Assembly (NCBI GenBank): GCA_043228905.1
Contig: JBHGNT010000015.1
Location: 2,790,001 to 2,854,000 of the forward strand
Length of the DNA stretch: 64,000 bases
Reading direction: 5' to 3'
DNA from: Azolla caroliniana
Lineage: Eukaryota > Plantae > Polypodiophyta
The notes under the pieces are model-generated. The model saw only the letters and a list, made by a program, of their open reading frames with translations, made no database searches and had not been told where the DNA came from. Both the position numbers and the translations under genes were made by a program. Positions within the stretch are counted from its first letter, which is position 1. Each line of letters begins with the position of its first letter. Shown here in pieces: positions 36,501-47,629 of this stretch.

Positions 36501-37238
36501 CTCCTCGACATAGGAGAGACACCATTCAAGTTCGGGGTAATCCTTATATTTCACCTCAACCGTTTTCTCCTCTTGCGTACTACCTTTGTTGATTTTTGTA
36601 GTAGCTACAGATGACTTGGATCCTCCTTCCCCCGTTGAGTCAAATAAAATCTTTTTACTCGTGTCCTTGATGAAGGAGCCAGAATCTCGTTTTGTCGGAG
36701 ATCGAATCTTCAATCTAAATGAAGGAACTTTTTGTCTGGGTTCACTGAAATTAAAAACGTTGGTGAAAACATAGAAACAACGTACAATTTTATCTAAATC
36801 ACGCAAATTATCATCTAAATTACGTCAATTTTATGGTCCCATGCGATAGTTTTTTATCGCAAAACAACATTTTTTTCAACGCAAATCTGTTGCACTGCAT
36901 CGGATTTGTGTTGAAAGTCATGCCTTTCAACGAAAATCCGATGCACTGCATCGGATTTGCATGACTTTCAACCAAAATCCGATGCACTGCATCAGATTTT
37001 GGTTGAAAGGTGCAGTGCATCGGATTTTCGTTGAAAGGCAGGACCTTCAGCGAAAATCCGATGCACTGCATCGGATTTTGGTTGAAGGTCCTGCCTTTCA
37101 GAATTGCTTTCCAAGTTCGTTGTACAAAAAAAAAAAAAATTCTATGTGTTGAGGAAAGGAATCTTTAAGGAATCTTCAGGAATCTTAAAAAATGTAAAGA
37201 ATATTACTAACCTGACGATTTTCTTTCCCTTGTTCATG
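33533..37238 (-). pseudogene. Multi-exon ParB-like domain + beta-class amino (N4C/N6A) DNA methyltransferase gene
   Basis: Approximate exons 37238-37213, 36744-35105, 35023-34885, 34816-34352, 34262-33973, 33882-33533 with GT-AG introns; ParB-like VPFLVMVD...YYVIGGSHSAEARRQL...CKVY; MTase LLIADIPYG (motif IV), WIK...VEH, NPYQKPQRLINRLI...VLDLFSGTGTT...VALEKD (X, I, II); stops at 34145, 33704 and 36447, frameshift near 36120. Confidence 0.85.
36874..37100. repeat. Array of ~45-bp palindromes (core CCGATGCACTGCATCGG), 4 full and 1 partial
   Basis: Read directly; lies in the predicted first intron of the ParB-MTase gene. Confidence 0.9.
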
Positions 37239-37656
37239 ATTCGTGCCGGAGGTAGTGCTGTCGACGATGTGCTTCTGAGTGCTCGAAAATTGGCCTGTGC
37301 TCTGAGCTCGATGGATTCTTTCACGTGATAATGAAAATGAAATTTCTAACCTCCTTATATAGAAGACTTTAGCATTCCTTTTAAAATAAAAAATAATTTT
37401 TAATTATATTTTTTTAGAAAAATGTCGGAAAATAATATAGTTAATCTAAGTGTTCGGGTAGTTATATAGTTAGGCTTTAGCATTCCTTAATTTTCTCAAA
37501 AGAAGGTTTTAGAATACAGTTAGACTCCCTCAAATGTCTTCTTCTACAAGTAGAACATCTCTTTTTTCTATTGCCCCCTTTTCATTGTTAGACAACTCGT
37601 ATTTCTCAATAGAAGAGTATGACCACAAAAAACATTCGCGGCTTAAATAGAAAAGT

Positions 37657-40206
37657 GTGGCTCCTAGTACTTCGAATTCTCTGTTTTCAATTGATCCTGT
37701 TGATGGCCCTCTTCATGCAAGCTTAGAAGCGAACGATTCTTCGTCGATAGATAACAATAGCATTACTAAACCTCTAGCATTTAAAAGAGTTCCTCGACAA
37801 GTTAGTGAAAAGAGATTTAATTTCTTATGTTTTGATCGTCAACTTCTATGCGACTTGAACAAATTGTGTTGTGCGAATCTCTGTCTATCAACTTATGGAA
37901 AGTCAAGGTTACGTGAAACACGACAAAAATACTTGTCGCTTAATGGGGAAGAGCAAGATACATTTCTTCTTTCGCATATGCAACTTAAATTGGATCACAA
38001 AGCAGGGCCTAATTCAACGCAAGTTGAATATTTCCTTGGACTAAATACCAAGTGTTGTCGAGCAGCTTTTAAAATCACTCATAGCATTGGAAATATGCGG
38101 CTGCAACGAGTTCAAGAGCGACTTCTGAAGGGCTCCTGGGTACAGTTCGATCAAAATGGTTCTGGATGTAAGGGTCAAATTGGGCAACAGGCAATTAGGT
38201 GGATGGAGGTATATTTTTCAAAACAGTGCGAAGTTATGCCAACGACAGGAAGACTTCATTTGTCAGATAACTTTACTCGAAGGGAAGTTTACCAATCGTA
38301 CAAGGACGACATGTCTTCCGATGTTGAGCCTTACATACAGTACAGGCATTTTAATCGACTATGGAGGTTACAATTTAATAACGTGTTTATCCCACGAAAG
38401 GTGCGAATGGGAGTCTGCTCAATATGTGCAAGTTTAAAAAGTATGGCCAAGGGTGGAAAATCAGATGTAGAGATCAAGAATTACAAGAACCTGTTAAAAG
38501 AACATCGTGAAAGTCAGGCATTGGAACGTACTAAGGCTATGCATCACCGACAAAAAGCGTTTCAATCTCCTGAAAAGTATATGTGCATGATTATTGACGG
38601 CATGGATCAAAAGAAAACTTGTTTGCCGCATTTTCAAAGACTCCCCAAGGATATTGGAGATGAGTGTCTCGTGCAAATGCATCTAGTGGGTTGTTTGACA
38701 TATTGTCAAACTATAAGACCGCAAGTGTTCTTAACTTATCCCAATATCCACAACGACCCTAATCTTACTGTCACTGTCATGCACAGGGTATTGCAATCAT
38801 GGTCAGGTATACTCCCGCCAGTTCTATATGTGCAACTAGACAACACAACAAGAGAGAATAAGAACTCAACTGTCTTCGGCTATCTAAGCATGCTATTAGA
38901 GAGGGGCATATTTAAAAAGATAAAGGTTAACTTCTTGTTGGTTGGTCATACCCATGATCACATAGATCAAATGTTCAGTAGGTTCTCAAAGAAACTTGCT
39001 CGCTGTAATGCTTTCACACTTCCCACGCTATCCAAATTGATTAGTGAAGCATATACACCAAAGCCTGAAGTACAACACTTGGAAGAAGTATACGACTTTA
39101 AACGTTTCTGCATGGATAGTGACGGGACTAAAGGTAGGGTGCTTGCACCTCTTAATAATATAAGTTTCAACCATGTCTTCCTCATAAAACAAAGATCGGC
39201 CCACCTCAAGATGACGGTGTTGTTTGCGAAACAATACTCATCTAGTGCACAATGGGAGCCCCAAGAAGGTTGTAGGCTCCTTCTTCATATCCCAGATGAA
39301 CCTCTACATGGTGCACAACAAATGCCATATGATGATCGTAAAAATGTAGCACCAAATAGTACTATTGATGAACAAAGGGCATATTGGTTGAGATGTCTAG
39401 CAGAGAAACAAAATAATATTGATGGGACTAAGAAGTATGCTGGTGATGAGGATGTTGAATGGTGGGAGATTTTCTTCACCCATCAACGCACCATTTTAGA
39501 TAATTACATCGCCGGTTTATGGCCAATCCGTATCCCATTCACATGGAACATTGGGATGACATCAACGATATCACAGACTCATCACCAACAATCGAATAAT
39601 ATGGAGCTTCATGATTTAGTTCGGCCACTGCAAAGAGATATTTATGTGGGACCAAGAAAGTCACGTACTGTTGAGGCAAGATGGCAAGGTAATTTGCAAG
39701 AACTACAAGTGGGAATGTTGGTTGCAACATTAGCAAGGGATGATACCTTGGGCCATCCATTTTGGATTGCATAAATTATTGAATTAGTAAGGGATGAAGA
39801 AAGTAGTCAGACAAAGTCAATAGTAGTCCACTGGTATCAGACAACTTCACATGATGCATTTACAGGAAAGTATTCTTTAGAGATGGTTAAGGATGTCGGA
39901 TGTTCAAGCAGAAAGAGAAGAAGAAAGAATATACCGAGCACGGCTACTCTCGCACTAGACCGTGTTGACATACTAGTATATGACTTCTCATTGACAAAAT
40001 CAGGTCATCTAAGACAAGCAACTATCAAGATAATAAAGGAGAAAATCCCAAACATGGTGTCAAACGAAATACAGAGAATAACCAGAAGCAATTCTCATAA
40101 CCACAAAGATGTTGGGTTAGAATTGGATGAGGATAATGCTTTGATTGCCACTGATGATGAGGATGAGACGTCAGAATGCTCTTCTAGTCCATCAGACATG
40201 TCTTAA
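37657..40206 (+). pseudogene. Sola1-like DDD transposase with a C-terminal extension (single TAA at 39772)
   Basis: CC...C and CSIC...H zinc-type motifs; catalytic IIDGMDQ, YVQLDNTTRENKN, FLLVGHTHDHIDQMFS; ORF 39883-40206 is in frame after one stop. Confidence 0.82.
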
Positions 40207-40537
40207 CATATTGGTTTGGTTCAAGCTGGGGATTGTTTTACTACATGATCGGAAACTTTGTAAATTTGTTTTGGATGTAAACTCATGAATATGTATAATT
40301 GTAACTAGTAGACATGTTGTACATTATTTTGTATTTTTGGTGATGTATTTTTGGAGGCATTTTACTTATGCCTCAAAGTGGTAGTCATGTTGAAATTCAA
40401 TATATTTTGCCACCTTTTCTGAAAAGCTTTACGCATGCGTCGTGTCTTTTTGAAAACTGCGTGCTTTTGTGCCCTTTTTCGACGTAGTGTTCTCATAATG
40501 CGACATATTACCTGTTTCAAATGACCCGGTGTTCAAC

Positions 40538-43500
40538 TACGAGTTGAAGTCCACTTTCTTCGCTTTCCGCATCACCGTGATCTTTGTCCGGTTGCTCCTC
40601 GTTGTCGGTCTTGTCTAGGGTTACATAGGGTTCATCGTCAGGAATCACGCTTCCTGTTGTCGGCGTGTTGCTTCCGCTATGTCTTCCGGTCTTCCCTCCA
40701 GTTGTTGTATCTGGACCGCTAGTAGTTCTTCCCCGCTCATCTCTTCCTTCCACGACAGCACTGTCCATGTCGCAATTGCGGTTTCCGTCGACATTACTAG
40801 TGCTTGTCCGGTCATGAGTTCGGCCGGCATAAAACCGGTCACGGAGCTATGCGTCGTCCGATCCTTCACCCTTCTGTTGCATACAGGAGCATCTGCGGCC
40901 AATCCTTCACCCTTCCGTTGCATGCTTTGGCAAGTGCTTTGACGATCAGACTATGTCCTCGTTCGATTTTCCCGTTGGCCTCTGGATTGTATGTTGTTGT
41001 TAGTGTTAACCGAACTCCATGTTCGGTGAAGAATTCCCTAGCTTTATCAAAGTCGAGTTATCCCCGATCCGCAATCACTTGTCCTATGCACCCGTACCTG
41101 CAAAACACCTCCTCCAAAAGAAATTGGCATACCGTAGAACACGTTTTCCTTCGTAACGCCCGACTTTCTACTTAGTTTGTGAGATCTTCCCGAGCTAACA
41201 CCAACTACTTCTTTTGTCCGATCCCGGTTGGCATGGGTACAATGTCGACCATCCATTTGAAGTTGATTGTTGGTGAGAATGTCAGGTGTAACTCATTTTG
41301 GTGTCGAACTCCGGAGTAGATTTGACACTTCTCGCAGCTTTCTGTGAACTCCGCTATATCTTTGTACATATTCTTCCACCAATATTTTTGTTTGATTTTC
41401 ACAAAAGTTGCCCATGTCCCTCGATGTCTAGCCCAATCGGATTCGTGAAACTCGGACATTATCCAGTTTCTTTGCTCTTTCGTCCCGACTACCCGAAGTG
41501 GTATGCCATCCGGTCTTTTTGGCTCCCTCCATATTAATCCATTTTTCAAGAAGAACATTTGGATTTGCCTCATCTTCCTTTGGATTTCGGCTCTCTTCTC
41601 TTTATCGTCCGGTGATTCCTCAATCTCTTGTAGCACCTTCCCGATCGTCAAGCTTTCTCCCTCATATTCTTCTTCTCGGAATTCTCAGATTACGTTTACT
41701 AGGCATATGTGCTCCGAAGCAAAGTAGTCTTCAGAAACTTCTTCATTATCGGATTCGGCTATGTCGTCTGCGAACCGAGCCCTTGATAGCATATCCGCTA
41801 CTGCGGTGTCTTTTCCGGAGATGTGTCGTATGTCTGGGTTAAGCGACTTAACATATGCAATCCATCTTAGCATAGCCACATCCGGTATCGTGCAACACCG
41901 CATCATCCCGAGTATCGGAAGACAATCCGTTTCGATCACTACTTCGGCTCCGATCAAATAATCTCGATCCGATTTGATTGCCGACACGATTCCCCATAAT
42001 TCTCTTTTGACTTGTGCATATCCGCGTTGCCTTTCGTTGAGAACCTTTGCTCCGAATCGGATCGAATATCGCAAACCATCCGAGTCGGTTGATGACCCAT
42101 CCAATCCCGGTTGGACTTGTATCAACCGTTACTATGATCGGTCGCTCATAGCTCGACTTCTTAAGTGCTTTAGCCCTCCATAGTGTTTTCTTAAGCTTCT
42201 TCATGGCTTTGGTGTGTTCTAGTTTCCATTCGAACTTCTTCCCCTTCCACAATAAGTGATAGAGTGGGTCTGCAATATGTGCATGGTGTGGAATCCATAT
42301 GTGATATAATGCACAAGCATACTTCGGATTGTGACTTGCATGCTTCTTTCATAGCTTGAATCGTGTCGATCTTGGTTGGTGATGGTCTTTGGCTGTAGGG
42401 CCACATAGATGTCCCACTACCAATATCTCTTCTTGCCCGAATGTTGATTTCTCCCCGGAAAGTGTTAGGTGCACATCTTCTAACTTTCGAAGCACTTTCT
42501 CGCAATCACGAATAAGGTCGACTACGAACTTTCGGCATCCACGATCATCCATAGTTTCATCTTTTTCCTCTACCGCGCATCCTTTCATCAAAATGTCATC
42601 TAGGAACAACATCGTTATCTCCGGAATGCAATCTCGAAGCACCTTGTTCATCGCGTTCATCATATGTGCAACCGAATTTGTTGCTCCTTGTGGTAGTGTG
42701 CACATTCGGACTAATCCTATCGGTGTCCGCATGGTAGTGATGTCTCGGCTCTCCACAATTAGTTGGAATTGGTCATACCCTGAGGATAGGTCTTCGATGG
42801 AGTATATTGCACGACCGACAAATGCTTCCGCAAATTCGTCCACTATCAGACCGACTCCGGAGTTCCGGATCATGACCTTGTTCACCGGTTGCAAGTCTTG
42901 GATAAATCGGAGTGACCCATTCTTCTTCGGAACCGTAAACCATCGATTTGAGTACGGAACGTTTGGTGGCTCTAGAATCCCCATCGCCACCTTCTCCTTG
43001 AGCAAGTCGATGATTTTGGGAATATGCGCCCGCGATACCGGAATCGGCTTCAGGTTCCACGGCACATGGTCAATCGTGAAGATCACCATCGGCTCCACTA
43101 TCTTCGAATCAACGCACCCTATCTCCTTCGATGTGAATGCAAATGCTTTCCCAAGTTGTTCCAACATCCCATGGAATCGTTCTTCTTCATTTTGTAAAAG
43201 GAAACCACCTCCACCGATCCGAAGTTTCTTCCGGGTCTCATCCGTGAAGGCATGTCCGATATCCACGGACTTCCGAAGTGTTGGATCTCTCGAGACTTCT
43301 TTCCTCTTTTTCTCGCTATTGGCGGTAAACGGTCCCGCGATCGGTTTCACTTTCTTCTCCATGGTCTTGTATTTCGTACTTACCATTGCTTCTTCTTTGC
43401 GGAGTGCATCTGGCTCCATTTTCGCAATGATCTCGTACATCTCGACCGACTCCACCGGGATTACCCGGTCTCCTTGGCTTTTATCATCCACAAGCTCTGC

Positions 43501-45822
43501 AAGTCGTTGTAGCGTGTTCCCATAGAACACTTCTTCGACTACCCCCACGATTTCTTCATCTTCTTTTATTATGGATGCTGACTGCAACTTATCCTCTACT
43601 TTTCGGTATTCTTTCTTCTTTCCTCCAGTTACGACCGTGTACGTAGATGCCCCATCCGGACCGATTCGTACTTGTTTTGCTCTGAGAGTTTTCTTCCTAT
43701 GTGGGGTATCAAGGCTTCTCAGACTATCACTTCCCCACTCCGCAATAGTCCGCTCTAAAAATCCATCCTGGTTTGGGACAAGAGCTCTCTCTTGTTCCTT
43801 TCATGATTTGCCGGCACAGTTAGGATCTGGACGGATTTCCCTCCGCTTTGGCTCCGAATTTGTGCGAAAGCCGCACCGCTATCGAGCACCTTTGTCTCCA
43901 TCCGAGAATCCGTGATAAAGGGTTTCTCGAGGATCACGGAATGTGAGACCTCATCTTGCACGAAGAAATTTTGGTCTATCTCCACATCTCCAATCTTCAC
44001 CGTCACATCCGGACAAGCCGCAAATAGGTCTTCTGTTGCTTTAGTGGCTGCCCGGATCTTCCATCCATTGTTAGTGTTTATAGGCCACTTCCCCTTCTGG
44101 TAGAACTCCTTGGACATCAAATTGATCTCTGATCTGTGATCAATCAAAGCTAGCACGGGCTCTTTGATGTTGCCGATTCGGACCGGAGTCTCCGTAGTTG
44201 CTCGTGCCCAGTGTGGCCTTGTGTAGTGGGAATTCGGAATTTCATCCTCCACTTCGGTGTCATTCATTAAAATGGTATTTGCATTCACCCTTGGAGCATT
44301 TTCCTCCATACTTTGTCTTTTTCTCTTCACGAGATCCACAAGAAGATTGTGGAACTCCTTCTTCACTATTCCGAGTAATTCCCGAAGCGAAAATTCTACC
44401 CGGCTATCGAGGATTCTCTCCTCAAACACCTTTTTCAAGTCCATTTGTTGTTTGATGTTCGAGGCGAGCTTGAATGCCGGAATCGTCTTTTCTTTTCCCT
44501 TCCCTCCGGAGTTCCAGCTTTCCGGTGTCTTCGATGGTCCGGCCGCATCATCTGTGCGCCATCGTTTCTCGTCTACATACACTTCATGCAATTGACATAA
44601 GGCGTACATGCTATTCTTATCGACGGGGCACTCCCATCCCGTAGCTTCCCGAATGCCTTCCGCGGTGCTTCGGATCTCATTGGAGTTGGTCTTCTCGGGG
44701 CTTTCTAGCACATCTGGCCAAAAAGACGCATTTGCTCCCGATGACTCACCGACATGTATTCCCGCAGTTGTCGCATAATTGCTTTTCGCCGCTATTTACT
44801 CCTCGAGGACCTTCTTCATGCTGCCTTTCCGGAAGTTCGGTCGGAGTGGCTTCCGAGAGTCCATCGAATGAATGGATCCGATTTCCCTTGTAGTAGATAA
44901 GATCCCGTCATAACGCCTCCTTGTGCTCATCGCAATCCCTCCGATCATGTTTGGTGCTATCGCACCATATGCACCGACGGTCCATATACTTGGAGCTTGT
45001 GGGACGGTCATCCGACTTCTTTACCATCGCGATTTTCAGATTCTCCATTTCTTTCAGCCACTACTCCACTGTGATTGCATCGATTCCCTTCTCAGTCGTA
45101 GTCTCCCGAGCCCTCGGTTGGTGGTCTTCTAATCTGGATCTCGGTTTCAGAATCGGTTCTGAAACCCTCTTTTCTTCGCTAGCAAGCCATTGCCCCCTCT
45201 TCATGTATCGCGCAACGATATCCTGCACATTTTCCCATGTTTCGGTGAGGCCACTCTCAGTGGTTGTGTCCTCCAAAAGCACTCCAACATCCTTCCGGTC
45301 CCGGATATCCACGGCTCATAGGAACATGATCACTTTGTCTGGTGCGAGGATAACTTGATCTCTCGCAGACAACCTCCCGAACCGTCTTTCGAATGACGAA
45401 AACACATCGAGGACCTTCATCCCCTTATTCGGTGTTTCCACCCAATCTTCGAATCCCCTCCCCGTTGCCTTGGAGGAGACCTCGATAGCGAACGTGGTCT
45501 TTAGCACCTCTTCAAATGCCTCCCACGTCGGATTTTGTTGCCGTATCCCGTGGATTCTCCCTTGAAGCCCGTCGGTTGCCACCTGGTTGAAGGATGTCAC
45601 TTGCAGTCCTTCCAAAATCCCGCACCGTAGAATTTCTGCCTTGTAATCTCGCAAATATCGTGACACGTATTTCTTGTTGAATTGCCCGTTCTGTTGCATG
45701 AGCCGCTCTACTACCGCCGCAATCTCCGACATCGCGCGTTGTTCTTGTAGCATCCGCTTAAACATCGCCATCATGTTGTTAGCCCCCGGTTGATTTTCCA
45801 TCTCCTTGCCACCCGGTTTCAC
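40538..45822 (-). pseudogene. G3 gag-protease and pol pseudogene
   Basis: HWARATTE...IDHRSEINLM, LPQGATNS...FLDDI, HRGTWATF...CEKC; many stops and frameshifts; integrase C-terminus partly deleted near 40645. Confidence 0.92.
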
Positions 45823-46602
45823 GTCGGGTTCACCAATTGAGTCGTGCCTTTCAGCTCCGAATCATTGCGTGAGTTGGGTGGGAACCACTGAGGTTTTGGA
45901 CTAGGAGAAAGAAGAATACAATATAAGGCTAGTTATGAATAGGTAGAAAGAGAAGTAAGAAATAAAACTTGTAAATCCCATGTGTTTAGTGTATTTAATC
46001 AATATTTAGATTGTAAGACAGAGACTTTGATGATAAACTCGTGAATCCCACAAATATATTAGATTGATCAATCCTTGTAAAATAATCAACCCCCTCATAC
46101 ATCTTTCTCTCCTCCTTATATAAGGATGGAAGAGGCTAAACATAGCTTCATGCTTTTTCTAAAGTGTTCATGCACACTAAATGCGCACGAGTAATTTTTT
46201 ATTGGTGTACATTTTTCTTATAAAAAAAGTATTCACGCATTTAAAAATGCATGACTTACCTTTCAATAAAGGTAGGCATAAATAAAGGTCTTATACGTAT
46301 TAAATCTATATTTAGAACACTTAGGATAAGTTAGTACAATGGTAAGGTTGGGGTCTGTCTACGTGGAGGTATGGTTCAAATCCTACCCTATGCATGTAAT
46401 AAATATTTTCTTCTATTTTACAAACTTGTCTCTTCATCCGGTGAGAGACTCTCACTAGCCTTCTTTATCTGGCTCTTGTTGGTTATGTTTGATCCGGTTC
46501 TTACCGGGTCTCCTTACTGGGTCCTCATTACCGGTTCCTCCTTGTCCCATCCGGAGGAACAAAAATGCAATTTTCACGTAGTGTGTGAATTACACTACGA
46601 CA

Positions 46603-47203
46603 TCATGCTCCTCAGACATTCTATGGGACACCTTGATCTGTTGTGTCGCCAAAAATTCCATGAGTTCGTAAGTCATCCCAAACTGTAACTGTGCGCCGAA
46701 CTCATGGGTCGTATCTGGGATGTCTTGATACTTGAGGACTTCGCTTTCTGCTGTGACCACTCCTTTGCCATGATGCGATTGAGCCATAATGATTGGTTGT
46801 GGTTCCTGGATTATCTCCAATGTAGTTATGTGCTCCTTAGGGGCGGAAGTGTCAACTGGTGCAGCTGTGTCTTTGACCAATCCATGCCCATCCTTCCGAT
46901 CTAATCTTCGTTGTTTTGGCCTGGGGCTTTCGTGGTTCTGTTCCATTTCTTGCTTAGTCGTTATTGGTGCTTCGACCGGCCTTGCTGGTTGTTCCGGCTG
47001 CAATGATTGTGCTACGGGGTGGGAAAGTTGTGGTTCCTCTTCCCATTCCATGGTTGCCAATTCCAATAATCGTCGTCTCGCGGATCGTGGCGGAGGCGTA
47101 GGTTTATTGGGCGGTGGGGCGGGCAGATCGTGAGGCGGAAACAGTATTGTAAGGTACTGTTGTATAATCGGCCTTAGCCTTTTGCCGGCTTGGTATGCGT
47201 GCA
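46603..47203 (-). pseudogene. G0 accessory ORF, middle part
   Basis: HAYQAGKRLRPIIQQYLTILFPP... homologous to G4 49280-49880. Confidence 0.85.
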
Positions 47204-47629
47204 AACACAGTCTACGGTCAGTCCTTCGACCTATACCTCAAAGTGATTGTGTTGCAACGAATGGTAGTGTCGTAGCGCAATACTTAGTGGGATACCTCCC
47301 ATATCCTAGCAGTGTATAAGGGAGACAGCTACAACCGAACTCCTTAGATAGTGGACTAGCAACCCCACTGTTACTCACGCAAAGATACGCACAGAAATAA
47401 GAGAAGATAGAACTCTATTAAGATACACCTTTTACATTCAAAATTACACGCTACCTCTATCAGAGGATTTCTACCCTTTATATACGCAGGGTCTTTTAGC
47501 CGTTCACGCTTCCCGCATGAACCGTTTACATGCATTACAATATTACAATATTCTATATTTCTGTGCTCTTGTCTGTCGATTACTATTCCGGCGGACAACA
47601 CTTGGCACGCCTATGGGACAATGACATGG

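Larger units (their letters stand above)
32770..40533. mobile_element. Sola1-like cut-and-paste DNA transposon carrying a ParB-methyltransferase gene
   Basis: Perfect 33-bp TIRs AACACCGGGTCATTTGAAACAGGTAATATGTCG at 32770-32802 and 40501-40533; 4-bp TSD CAAC; removing it restores the G3 pol tail (LQLVVDIRGESKSAMDEGE*). Confidence 0.9.
31901..46602 (-). mobile_element. Ty3/Gypsy element G3 (tRNA-Trp PBS), degenerate, host of the DNA transposon
   Basis: LTRs 31901-32665 and 45840-46602; PBS at 45819-45835; PPT GGAGGGGGTGAG at 32666-32677; gag-pol homologous to G2. Confidence 0.92.

Noticed and set aside
36820-37152. ORFs 36820-37071 and 36961-37152 with repeated NPMHCI peptides
   Set aside because: These are translations of the palindrome array and read alike on both strands.
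33533-37238. Bacterial or phage contamination, or a restriction-modification operon
   Set aside because: The gene has GT-AG introns (one conserved in a second copy), sits in plant retroelements with clean junctions, and has no restriction endonuclease partner.
33533-40206. MTase and transposase as cargo genes of Gypsy G3
   Set aside because: They are bounded by their own TIRs and TSD, and removing them restores the G3 pol tail, so this is a later nested insertion.
42389-43525. Long antisense or alternative-frame ORFs over pol (also 25946-27040, 23687-24511, 55042-55884)
   Set aside because: Shadow ORFs of retroelement coding sequence with no recognisable motifs.
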